A stretch of DNA of 64,000 nt from Lepidodermella squamata. Taxonomy: Eukaryota > Animalia > Gastrotricha. Location: NCBI GenBank assembly GCA_047495785.1, contig JBLDXI010000024.1, positions 2,108,001-2,172,000 of the forward strand. The letters run 5' to 3'. The notes under the pieces are model-generated. The model was not told where the DNA came from. It searched no databases and saw nothing but the letters and a program-made list of their open reading frames with translations. Shown here piece after piece: positions 36,064 to 48,300 of this stretch. Position numbers and translations under genes: made by a program. The first letter of the stretch is position 1. Every line of letters begins with the position of its first letter.

Positions 36064-38490
36064 ATGAGCGTATCCAGGCGAGCCTTACCTTCGAATTACC
36101 GGACCCTAGGCTTAACAGCTTGTGGCCTAATTTTATTTTGCGGTCTGTATTTCTCTGGAAACGGCCAGAATTCAGCAACGAAACATGTCGATACAGCTCA
36201 TTTGATATCGCATAATTCAGACCATGCCGAGGTTAAGGAGGTCATCAAAACAGAGAGCAAGATTCCCAGTTTTAAATACTGGTGGCAGCCGAAGCCTATG
36301 CATGAAAAATTCAACTCTGATGTTGATGAGTTGGTGCTGTCATTGGAGAACAATTACGTAACCAGTATGCGAAACGACCTGCTCAATCGGCGGCTGGCGA
36401 AAACGCGAAAAGTCGTCGTTTACGCGTGCGATCGCAATCACGTCGTTAATGTGAGAAAATCTATTATAGTTTAATTCTTTGAAATTAATGAGTACCTTGC
36501 TGAAAAAGCGCAGAGAATCCTCAAGTATGAATTCCTCAAATTACTTGAAAATTAGCATTTTTTATTAATTTTTTATTCCATGCTTCCAAAGCTTTATTTG
36601 AGGCGATTAAAGGTGGGCAAGGTGGTAACCGATTCTTCTGCAAAGTTTCAGAATTTTTCAATTTTCCCCCGACTTTCGATGCATTTTTGACAATTTTTGA
36701 AGCTCTGAGATTTGCCTCTTAAATTTTTTTACAATTCAAAAAATGCAACAAAATTTCCGAAAAATTCCAAAAAAATTAGCAATAGTTTTATTTATTCAAA
36801 ATTGTTTTACTTTAATTGTTGAAATAAATTTAATTTTGTTCAGCAAATAGGTTGCGGAACTTGGATCGAACGAGTTCAAGGCATGATATCTGCATTCTAC
36901 CTCGCTGTGGCAAACGAAGCTGTATTTTTGATACAGAGCTCATATCCCGACAATTTCGAAGCGTATTTCGAAAACCTATTCGCTCCTTCAGTCGTGCGTG
37001 AAGTAATAACAAACGCTGGCAAAAGCTTCTCCGACTACGTTGACGGCGATCACGTGATATTCAAAGGCAAAAATCCGGTTGATTTTATCAAAGCAAAACA
37101 AGTTACGAGGATGAAAGTGCGATCGCTCGAACATTTCGATAAATTACTCAATCGAACGCGAAAGGGCGTGTCGTGGCGGTTGAAATTCGCCAACCGTGAC
37201 GTCATGCTAAGCGCGGCGTTACGGCTAATTTTCGTCAAGCAAATGACGTCGAAAATGTCATCGCTCGTACAATCTTACCTGGAGCAGATGAATCGATTAG
37301 GGCAGGAGAATGTGTTCCGATTAGGAATTCACATTAGATTTGGTCGCATGGAATGGGGCGAACAGGATAGGATCACTTTCGGCCAAATTGACTGCTTAAT
37401 TCATGAGGCGACGGCAATTTCCGGCCAGTTGGCTGGTCTATCTTCAAAAATGCGACATTTCCAACATTCCCTGGGTAAGTATTTATATATTTTAAAAATT
37501 GGAAAGTTTGGCAAAATTATTCAGAAAAAATGGGCCGAAATTAAGTACCAATTAAGTACCAATTAAGGCGCTCACCTTAAAATGTGAGGCTTCGGCACAA
37601 GATTTCTTAAAATATAGCTTTCTGAGTATTCTGTCTGATGAAAAAATTTGTCTCTCTCCAAAAATAGGATATTAATTATCAATTTTTGCAAACAATGCAA
37701 CGATTATCTCATTGAACACCATCGCGTCAGGATGGCCGAGCGGTCTAAGGCGCCAGACTCAAGATCTGGTCCTCGAAAGAGGGCGTGGGTTCGAACCCCA
37801 CTTCTGACAACATTTTTCGCAATTTCCAACAATTTTTTTTATCAAGTCTTACAAAAAATAGAGTGATCAGTTCTCGAAAAAAGTGCCAACTGGAGGCATC
37901 GGGGATTGAACCCGAGACCTTCACAATGCGAATGAGACGCTCTACCACTGAGCTATGCCCCCTAGGCTACAAGATAAAGCTTAAATGGTAACCATAATTA
38001 TCAAAAGATTGAGCCAAATGGACATCCTTAATTTAAAATTTTGAGGCTTTAGCACTATACTTCCCAAAATATTTTTCTCGAATTTTACTTCTGATAGAAA
38101 ATTGCAAACACCAGGGTCCTAGATGCTCGTTTTTCACTATTATATGCATTTTTAGCTATTTTTGTGGCATCTGATTCGCAAGATGCAGCCGAATATGCTG
38201 TCGAAGAATTCGGAAAACGAGGAGCCGCTGCCTTTATAATTCCCGGCCAACCGACAAATTTCGATAAAAGCGATTTCGGGTCAAATAAAGACGACATGTG
38301 GGCGCTGAATTCAAAAACCTTCGCCGACTGGCTGCTTCTCGGTGAAATGGACGCTTTGCTAATGTCGCCGGGGCCAAGTTTATTCGGTGAAACCGCAATG
38401 TTGATGAAAGGGAAACCAGCTATGAAACTCATCCTTAATCCTGAAGACATTTGCAAATTCCAAAATGTATCGATTAATGCTTTCCAATAA
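36064..38490 (+). CDS. Fucosyltransferase-like GT-B protein, paralog 2
   Basis: Exons 36064-36450, 36844-37474, 38156-38490; YAC..GCGTWIERVQGMISAFYLA, LGIHIRFG, IFVASD, DWLLLGEMD..SLFG. Confidence 0.75.
37726..37809 (+). tRNA. tRNA-Leu(CAA), intronless, intronic location
   Basis: Full cloverleaf inside intron 37475-38155. Confidence 0.93.
37891..37962 (-). tRNA. tRNA-Ala(CGC), intronic location
   Basis: Identical to the other Ala copies. Confidence 0.92.
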
Positions 38491-38498
38491 AAATTTTA

Positions 38499-40679
38499 TC
38501 ATAATTTATTTAATAGCATTTTTTGAAAATTATTCGAATATTCTACCAAGGAGCAGTACAAACATAAGATATCCTTATTATTCTCCTTAGTTTCATTTCG
38601 GTCTGATTTTCCAAAGGCTGCTCTGACGTGTTCCGACAATTTGAAAGGATGAGTTATTATAAAACGAGTGGCATCATAATCTTGATAGGTCGTATTTCGC
38701 CGCCAGCCGCCATACTCGTCTTTGTAGTAGCCAACCCAGCCGTCATTAGGTACGATCCGCAACGAAGAAGGGTCCAGACAGCCGTAGTAGACGAGAGGCC
38801 CGGCAATTTCTTGCCAAACGCGTAATTTCCGCGTCATTTCGAACATTGGTAGTATCAAGTCGAAGTCTTCCTTTGTGACGTAGAGAAAATCAACCAGGCC
38901 GCCGATAGCTCGCCTTCGGCCCATTGTTGCCGTTTGCAGAGTTGACCAACATTTAGAGTGCAAGGTAGAATTTCGCGCTTTATACTCCAATTCCTGTAAA
39001 TTTCATTTTGAGTGAATCAAATGGCCATTTTCAATTATCAAAAAATTTTCAAAAAAATTGTTAACCTTAAACATGGTACTCAAAATGAGGTGCAAAGTGT
39101 AAGTCCTAACCCTACATATAAGGTTCCAATTAGGTTCCAATTAAGGTTCCAGCTAAATCTGAGACTCCAGAGATTACCCTAAAATGAGGTTTTTCGAATT
39201 TCATTTCCTAATATTATAGAATCTTCAAATGGTTTTATATTAATTTTCAAGCCATTTTGAAGAATTTAAAAAAAATTGGAATTTTTTTGATATTAAGAAA
39301 TTTCAATTAGTAGTGAATTATTCATTTTTTAAGGTTTTCTAGCCGACTTGACCCCTCAATCCTAGGCTACTATTAGTGATCGGCGATTATAAGCGACTGT
39401 GTTACTCGTTGGATATTGGAAAAAATGAGGTAAATGCGAATTATGCGCATGATTTGATCTGAACTTTCGGCAAAGTCGTTAGAAATTCCATGTATCGATT
39501 TTACAAATCAGTGATTTTTGCGATGTCAACAGTCTTGGATCAATTTGTTATGACATCGACCAAGTTGCTCGGTAATTCAGCTCAATAAAATACTTGGAAC
39601 CACTGATTTTCCGCTGAGTTTTAAATTATTTTCGGGAATTCGTCGATTTCCTATCGCCATTCGATTTATTGATCGAGCATTGGAATTTTTTATTGATTTT
39701 CTAAATTTGCTGCTTAATCAGAACGGCTGAGCTAAACAATTTCATGATTTGAAAATTTTCTAGACAATTTTTTCAGAATTTCTGTATTTCTTACCTCGAA
39801 ATAGCGCAGCACCGGAAATTTGTATTGTTTTGGGTAGTAGAGCCACGGATTTATCGAAGAGCAAGGCCCGTCACTCAGGCCGTTCAAATCCTCACTACAA
39901 GCCTTCAGTGTATCAATATCGTAAACAACAATAGGCGACAGAATGTGGCTTTTCGCTAGATTCAGGTGAAAAGTTGTAAACTGATCTTCCTGGAAAAGGC
40001 GCCAATAATTGAACATCACATCGTCATGAAGCAGCAAAACGCCGGTGAGCTTGTCGTAGAAATCTGTATTTTCCACCGATTTCACGGCTAAATTGATACA
40101 GTAGTAAACGCCCTCCCCTCGTTCGGCCAACAACGGCCTCTGATCCGCCTCGTAATCGAGGTAAAACTGCGAGAAAATATCCGCCCGATAGCGGCCCCAA
40201 TATCGCTGAATTTCGGTGCGAAACAGCATTCTGCTAGGCCCGCAAAATCGAGTTTGAGCAAATAGCGGGCTGTACATGGCGTGGACAAGTGGAGCTGTTG
40301 CCGAGTTTTTAGCGTTGTTGTACACAATGATGAGCAAAGTAGATTGGCGTAGTTGATCCGCAAATTTTGACTGAGCTTCGGACAACTTTTTCGGAATTGG
40401 AGGCGGGATGTGCTCTGGTTTTTGAGGACACTCTGTCAGTTTTCTGCGTAATTTATCTGTAAAATCAGCTCGAATGCCTGGAATTAGGCTGTTCAATGGC
40501 GAAGATGACGGTAATTGCTTCAATTTCGGAGTAGTTGAGGCGTTAGTTGGAGGTTTTTTTGCGGGCTCATCTGTTGTAGTCACCCTAATATTATTCGACC
40601 ATCTCCAGAGTGCGATAAGGGCGAAATTGCAAATTAAACCGAGAGTAAGAGTTGGAGATATTGCTCCGCTAAATTTCAT
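38499..40679 (-). CDS. STELLO C-terminal-domain-like glycosyltransferase, paralog 3
   Basis: Exons 40679-39795 and 38993-38499; GVLLLHDDVMFNYW, GLVDFLYV, WQEIA, THPFKL. Confidence 0.75.
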
Positions 40680-41094
40680 TGGCTAATATTCCTTCATTTT
40701 TCAGGGTCAAAAATGCGAATAAGTTATAACTTTACATTAACAGCATGTTAGCCACTTATTTATTTCACCATGCCCTCTTTTCATGCTCGCTTCGCCTTTC
40801 AGGACGTCCGTCAATGGCGTGGGATTTTAAAATAGATAACGAGACCGAGTAGCAGTCGTAAATAATACCCCATTGATGTTAATGCCATTGAACCTAGAAA
40901 ATTGCCTAAAATTCGATCCGAAAATTGGTAACCGCTCACTCTACATCAAAATTAAACGATGAGGCATTCAAATAATATTTTCCTTTTTTGAATGTTCAAA
41001 TGGAATAGAAATAAGCAATGTGGCAGTGAAATTGAAATTTGAAGAAGATGATTTTTCTGAAAATTGCGTTGTTTATTTCTGGACTAAAAATGTA

Positions 41095-42326
41095 TCACTT
41101 CAACATCATTTCACGGCTTCGCTTTCTAGCTCGAATAATAGCTTCTTCGACCTCGATTTTTAAATCCAGCGCGATGTCAGGACTAGTCGTTTGAATTACA
41201 TCATTCAACAGGATGCAAACTGGGTCAGCGCTGGATAACAGCTGACTTTGCGGCTGCTGAGCCGCTGTCTGAGCCTGCGCCAGCGCCGCGTCCTTTTTCA
41301 TTTGCTTCATCACCAGCTCAGCCAATAGACTAGTTCCCTGCTCGACAACACCGTAATCATGGCCATTCGTCCTATTATTTCCAGTTGACTCGCGCGTATG
41401 GTGGCTTGCTACTGATGGCGCAGGCAAGATGTCGGGATTTCGCTCGGGATTCACCGAATTTTGCGAGGAAATAGGCAGGTCAAATCGGTTATTTCCGGTT
41501 CCTGAATGGGGCGAACTGGGCCCGCCGCCCTCTGATAAGTCAGGCCAGGAAGAACTTTCGTTGTCCGAGTCCAAATTTACATAAATTTCACCGCCAGAAT
41601 TAGTCATCAGAGACCTAAAAAAATAGGAAAAATTCAATAAAAAGCTTAAAAATATTCAAAATTATTCAATTTCAATTTTAATTACCGCAGGCGGAAAAGA
41701 GGTCAAGCGAATTTTGTTTTTTTTTATATTTAGTGGCAAGTTTGCAAATTCACGAAGCAGCAGAAGCATTTGAAGGAAGCTTTCTGGAAAAATTCTGAAA
41801 ATTCAGGTAAAATTTGTAAAATATCCAAAAAATGCAGACTTATAAGAAATTACCCTCCCAACATTGCCCCGAAATATCACAATTTTCGGATTTAAAACTG
41901 ATTTTTAATAATAAAAAATATGGTTTTGTCCCAAATTACCTCACTTCACCAAAAAATATGGAAAAATAGGTAAAAAATTGTAACTCACTGGTCTCTGACG
42001 ATGACGGGATCTAAAAAGGACATTGCCTTTTTATGCCGCCACTCCTTCTGGCGCCTTCGCCTCATTCGAAACGCATCTGTCTGTTCACCTTCGGGCAGTT
42101 TTTTCGGCGCAATTTGCCGTTGTGTGTAGTAATTTTTCAGGCCGTCCCACTTTTGCCGCGCCGTTTTGCCATCCTCGAGATGCAACCGCTGGGCTATATC
42201 AGCCCAGGCTAGGTCAACTTTGTCGATCCGGCGATGATCAGGATCGGCTGGGTCCCATAACAGGCCTCGTTCTCGCACCAATTCGATCAATTTCGCCTTC
42301 TCAGGGTCGGACAGTTTTTCTCGCAT
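41095..42326 (-). CDS. MADF (Myb/SANT-like) DNA-binding protein with BESS-like C-terminus
   Basis: Exons 42326-41989 and 41614-41095 (phase 2); LIELVRERGLLWDP..AWADIA..KWDGLKNYY..W...MSFL; C-terminal DPVCILL..LKIEVEEAI. Confidence 0.8.
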
Positions 42327-42955
42327 TTTCGCGAAGAAATTCTTTGGTTGTAACTGAGTTTCGCAAAGGCTTTTCTGTTTAAAATATACGTACGCAGCCT
42401 TGTATGTTTCTACGTAAGAAGTTGGGTATAGAACGCATAAAGATAAAGCATTCAGAATAATATAATATGAAAGAGCCCCCTGCTAGAATATTACAGCAGC
42501 GCGCGCTTATCTTCACATTCTATTCATGAGGCCGCGAATTTTGTTTACACGCGAACATATTTGCTATAAAATATACTTCTTACTTTTATAATACGACCGC
42601 TTGATATATTATTATTATTATTATATGCTGTGCAGAAAGATATGAAAAATAATGCGTGTGTGTGTGCGTGCTTATCTTTTATGTTCTATGCTCGCGCAGT
42701 TGTAGAAGCCGGGTCGAATATTTTAAGCATATGGTTGGAAACGAGAGACGGAAATCGATCGACTTCTTTCTAAAGCTGCTTCTAAATTTAGTAGCTCGTA
42801 ATAGGAGAGTAAAAAATGTATTAAACAACATCTTCCGTCAAACAATTCTTTGAAGATCCAAAAGCGCAAATTTATAAAAAATCCTCCTTAATAATTAAAA
42901 AATGCGATTTATTGTTCAGCACCTTTAAAAATTATAAACACCGAAAAAATACAAT

Positions 42956-44152
42956 TTAAAATTTTTTTCTCTTCCGGAATTTTTCAGATCTCGCTGGTTT
43001 TTTCGGTTTCGTAACATTTTTGGCATTCGGTGGATAGAAAATCGGGTTCGACGGTAAGGTGTAATTGAAGAGCGTAAAATCCGGCAAGTAAGCTTGGAAT
43101 AAAGCCCGGACAATCTCCACCGAGATTCCATCGACCTTTTCCAGCCTAAAATCAATCGAACTGCGGCCTGAAGATGACCCGAAATATTTCGGCAAATGAA
43201 TGTGACCCTGGCCATTTGTCAGCAGGCGAATTAAGTAGTCGGAATCATTCAAAATCGTCTCGAATTTTCCGATGTAGTCGTAGGGTATTAAACAGGGTGC
43301 ACACAATCTGTACTGCTGAAGCCAGTGAACATCGGAGAAACTTCCTTGCTGTAATTCAGAGTGGATAAATCGGAGAAATTCATCGATTTTCACGCCGGTT
43401 CCAGGTTCGATTTCATCTTCTGATGCATTAGCCCTATAGGTTCTAAGTATCGCTCGACCATAGACCTTGTTGTAATAAGGATTATTGGCGAGTTGAAACT
43501 TCGACCGGAAAGCTGAATAAAGCCTTTGAAAAGGTTCTCGAACCCACATAACCTTGGTAAATAGTTCCAACATAACCCGTTGATCTTTTTTAGAATACGA
43601 GCTCAAAGTTCGAAATAGCAGCTTTCCGTTAGGTCCGTAAATGAATTCATCGCTAAAATTATCTGGGCTGGTCGCATAGTCGGAATAAGGACCAAATGAT
43701 AGCAGAATCTTCCGCCAACTTGTGCTTGCAACTTTGGGCGGAGCGCATAGCAGTAGTTGAGTTTTCTCTTCGACTAGAATGTAACGAGCAGCTTCGATAT
43801 AGGGTTCGAGCTTGATGTCCGTTTTCCGGTGATAGGGTGAACGCCTCGAGCTAGGAATGTCGAAGCACCCAGCAGCAAGTTTGTCGCGGCGCTGCGCGAA
43901 TTCCGCCTCCATCTCGTTGTCAATCAAGGTGGCGTTGAAAATTGTGCGATTCCAGCGTGGAATAATAACTGATGAATCATCATCATCGTTATCGATAGGC
44001 ATATCCTGGGCTGGCTCCATTAACATGTAGATCGCTTCTTTATTTCGTAGAATAATGTTACTGTTGATCGTCATTATCGCGGTAAAAATGGCTAAAATGA
44101 CTGTTAGTGTGATAAATTTCTCAACCGGCTGCATTATTTTTTTCGATCGCAT
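42956..44152 (-). CDS. Golgi carbohydrate sulfotransferase (Sulfotransfer_2; CHST11/HNK-1-like)
   Basis: TM anchor after MRSKKIM; 5'PSB PKVASTSW, 3'PB VREPFQRLYSAF, HW....LC.PC..YD.IGKFET, Y..DF.LFNY. Intronless. Confidence 0.88.
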   Translation of the reverse strand: MRSKKIMQPVEKFITLTVILAIFTAIMTINSNIILRNKEAIYMLMEPAQDMPIDNDDDDSSVIIPRWNRTIFNATLIDNEMEAEFAQRRDKLAAGCFDIPSSRRSPYHRKTDIKLEPYIEAARYILVEEKTQLLLCAPPKVASTSWRKILLSFGPYSDYATSPDNFSDEFIYGPNGKLLFRTLSSYSKKDQRVMLELFTKVMWVREPFQRLYSAFRSKFQLANNPYYNKVYGRAILRTYRANASEDEIEPGTGVKIDEFLRFIHSELQQGSFSDVHWLQQYRLCAPCLIPYDYIGKFETILNDSDYLIRLLTNGQGHIHLPKYFGSSSGRSSIDFRLEKVDGISVEIVRALFQAYLPDFTLFNYTLPSNPIFYPPNAKNVTKPKKPARSEKFRKRKKF

Positions 44153-45367
44153 ATCAAATAATAAAAAATTTGTCGAATTTGCCGCGGTAATTTTTGCCCC
44201 AATTTTAATGCGCACCTTTGGGTTAATTAATTTTTCATGTCCCTCCCTTGCTTGAGGGATGCAGCGCGTTAGTTTCAAACAGCCCCCGGCTGAGAGAATG
44301 TTCTTGCAGCAGAGACTGTAAAAAACGGTTAGAGGTGAGAAAAAATACGCGTAATCGATTAATTTGCGCAAATTAAGGGAGTCATATGATCGCGCATTGT
44401 TTCGCCATATAAATGGTATGTAATAATCAATAGGTCCTATTGCTAGACGAACCCGACAGGTGGAGTCATGTGACATAAACTTCTGCGTAAATGGTAACAT
44501 TTATTTCAACTAATTCGATCGAAAGAGGAAAGTCAAGATCAATAAATGTTTAGACGCTAATTTGCATGTACTTAGCAGCGACATCGAGAGTTCCCGAGAG
44601 TTAGATCTTGAAAAATTGAGTTTCAGGTTATGTTTGCGGAAAATTTCGACGTGATACATTTTTGAGATGAATCGCCACGAAAAAACTGGAAACCAGTTTG
44701 AATGACTCCAATTTTGAATGGCTCCAATTGAACTTTATTAGGAAATAAATATATGAAATAATTGTTTGGAAAAAATGAGTTTCTACGCGCTTCAATAAAA
44801 CTATTCATATTATGCTAATGAGGTGTTCGAGATTTACACCTTATTTGTGTCCAATAATTCAATACCTGCAACAATTTTTATAAAATCGAGGTAAAGTGAG
44901 AACATTTTGAATTTGTTCACAGCCATTGGATATCGACTCTCCTCTCTTATAACCCGAAAATTAAAAAATTATCATAATTCTTTCCGATTTTTTCTGATCC
45001 GAAAAGAGCATAACTTTTCTTCAACATGAAACTCACGGCACTCCAATCTCCAATCATCTTGAGTTTTATCGAAAAAGAAAGCTGTTGAAGCGGAAAATTC
45101 AATCTAATTTCATATTTAGAACCCCTTGAAAGCAAATTGCCGGCGAAGGAAAACAAGCTATCTCTATCCACAATCACCTTGCAGCTCAGTAATATGAAGA
45201 AATTCTTGCAAACGCGAAACAATCCTCTAAAATCGAATATGATGTAACACTCGATGGCGTTTCAATTTGTTTCGTAATTTTTCCTTTTCTTTGTCATCTC
45301 GGGAAAGAAAGAAAAAGAAATCCATCTCAGTCATTATTAATTTCCATCTCAGTCATATATCGTCAAC

Positions 45368-48300
45368 ATGCAAAACTATTTCTTCCTGCTATTTTTAGCA
45401 ACAACAACTGGCGTTCTCAGCCAGTACCAGCTGAGTTACCCGCTGGAAAACCGGCCTCAAGATGGCATGATCGTCGAACAAGTCGGCGATGCGACTAAAA
45501 TCACACTGGATGCAAATTCGACCGGGCGCCTCATCAAACAAATGATCGAAATTGGCATCGATTTGAACAAATACCGCCTGCCTTTAGTCGCTTTCCCTCT
45601 TCCAAGTGGCATTTCGATCGATCCACGCCAATTGCTGGCTAGTGAGAGCTGCTTGGAAACGAGATTTCTCAGCTTTGAAGACTTGAAATCGCGAGATAAG
45701 GTACAAATAATTTTTCTAAATTTTTTGAATTTTTTGAATTTTTTTTGAATTTTGAATTTAATTTTCAAATTTGAATTTCCAAATTTTTTAATTTTTTTCT
45801 TAATTTTTTCTAAATTTTTAGGTACCACACAACGGCCTTGTGATTCTCGCGGACGACAAGGTCGATACGTTGTCTGAAGTTCGCCAGAACCTTCAAGTAA
45901 AATCGGCTAAAATCGGCTTTTCTAAGCGCTTCAAGCCTCTGAATGGCAACATTCGAAACGCCCTGATCGAAGCTAAAATCCCGTACTTCGAGAATCTAGC
46001 CATCCCCGATTCGATCGACCTGTTATCAGCTGTTCGAGACAACCGGAAATACTACACTTTCATGTCAGTTTTTTCGCCTTTCAAAAACGGCACAATTCTT
46101 CCCAGTGGTCATCTACTAGCTGGTAAAGTCCTGATCAACCTCGTCGAACTAGCTTTGGTTGAATCGAATGCGGAATGGGACGCGATCTGTTTGAGTTGCA
46201 AGAATGCGACAACATTCAAACATGACCTAGTTTCGGACAATTTTCCAGTACCGCCCACCGTCGAATTGCCGCATTTTGTCGTAAAATCTCCGAATAACGA
46301 ATTTTGGCTTCGATTTTCGGGTATTACCGGGACGAGTTTGGTATCACCCCGCCAGTTCGATGAAACCAAGTCAAGCGTGTCGGAGTTGATGACGAAAACT
46401 GTCATGGCGCCCTGTGTTATCGTCAACCTACCATTTGGTGACAGGTCGAATTTCAAAATCACAAAGGGACATATTGAGCAATGGGAAAAGGACAACAACA
46501 TCCAGTTGGAATCTGGCAGTTTCCTGCTCATCAACACTGGTTTTTGGCAAAAATGGTCGTCGCCAAGTGACTACGTCGAAAAGTACCCGAGTTTGGACGT
46601 TGATGCCGTGAAATGGCTGGTCGAGGAGCGTCACGTGATTGGCATCGGTATGGACACCCTGGCTCTGGACGACGCGTCCCTGGTGCGCAGCAATCAATGG
46701 CCAAGTCACGGTTACCTGGCGAAACGGGACATTCCCGTATTCAACAATTTGAACTTCGAAAAGCATGAAAATGAAAATCTACCGAAACGACGACGAATTT
46801 TGCTATCGGTTCTCAACATTTTTGGCGGTACTGCTGCTCCGCTGGCTCTTTTCGGCCTACCTGGCGCTGAGGTGGTTGCTGGCGGTAAAATGATTGCTGA
46901 CGTTGTTAAAATGGGCCGCGTCTCGACCGATCGTTGGCAACTTGGTTCGGTGATTTCGAATAATGCGGCTGATTGTGCGTGCACGGTTCGCCCGGTCGAG
47001 TGGCTGGTCTATAAGAGCTTGTCGTCAACGCGAAAGGAGCCGATTGTTGCGAATGAAGTCTCGTTGTCGATTGACCCGACGAAAAATAGGGTGACTACCC
47101 TCACCCAGCCGGGCGCGACTACGGTCAACTCGACGGAAGGCTGCGTCGAAGTGATTTTCATCAAAGAATCGGATATTCGGGTCATCAAGAACAAAATCGA
47201 ACAGGTAACACTTAAGTTAAAGAAATTTTAGCTGAATTCTATATTTGAGAACTTGAGATTAGAAAATTGAAAATTGATAATATTGAATTTAAAATTAAAT
47301 TTCAATAATTTTTGAAATTCGCGTTTTAAATTTTTGAAATTTGAAATTTGAATACTTTTTTTCAAATTATCAGAAAAATCGGTTCTATGCTAATTGCGCA
47401 AACGAAAATATAGCACGGGCTTTAGAGCAAAACGACAAAAGAGCAAAATGAAATTAGAGCAAGTTGAAATTTGAGCAAAACGACAGAAGAGCAAATTACA
47501 ATAAGAGCTAAAATTAGTTATCAAATTTGCTCTTTTTCATTTTTCTCTATTGTCGTTGCTCTTTTTTCGTTTTGCTCCTTTTTTCGTTGCTCTTTTTCAG
47601 TTTGCTCTATTGTCGATTGTCGTTGCTCTTTTTTCGTTTTGCTCCTTTTTTCGTTGCGCAATTTTCGCGTTAAAATTAATGGTCGGGTGTCACTGACTCA
47701 CTATACTGATATACATATAGTCTTCAAACTTGAATAAAATTTAGTGCTGCTTAGTTTTCTTGCATTCCTGCGTTATTGTCGCTTACGAAATGTCGCCAGC
47801 TAATTTGTCGCAAAGAAATATGTTATTTTCGCACGTGCAGCGCTTTTGTCGCAGGCGTAATGGTCGCCAGCTATATTGTTACCCACAGAAATTCAAATAA
47901 GGCTATCTTGTCGCGGGCTAATTTGTCGCTGGAGTTTTAGGGATAACTTGACGCCGGACTGAATTGTCGGGGCGTAATCTTTACGGACTTTCTTGTCGCG
48001 CACCGATTTGTCGCCACACCAAATTAATAATAAAATGTGCTCTTTTGTCGTTTTTCTCTTTCGTTTGCGCAATTAGCATAGAACCAAAAATCAGAAATCA
48101 ACTTACCTTTAATCTTTGAAATTTTTTAAAAAATTTCAAAAATTATAGTTTTAATGTTTTTTAATTTTTTTATAAGGTGCGTCCCAATATGTTGATCATC
48201 TTCCTGGCGCCGAATTTCCTCACGCTTAACGATCAAGATTTAATCAAATCAATGGAGGCCAAGACAGTAACCCTCGGCTTCTTCTACGACAATTCCCCGC

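Noticed and set aside
41095-42326. MADF gene as part of a Harbinger transposon
   Set aside because: No DDE nuclease gene or TIRs nearby; a MADF-BESS host gene is the simpler reading.
44153-44500. N-terminal 116 aa of the sulfotransferase ORF
   Set aside because: Not protein-like; the type II anchor follows Met 44152, so this is probably 5'UTR or intron.
46109-47194. Antisense and alternative-frame ORFs overlapping real exons throughout the window
   Set aside because: Shadows of coding sequence with no independent motifs or splice support.
47770-48020. Periodic TTGTCGC repeats as a CRISPR-like array
   Set aside because: Eukaryotic intron, repeats too short, no cas genes; consistent with transposon subterminal repeats.
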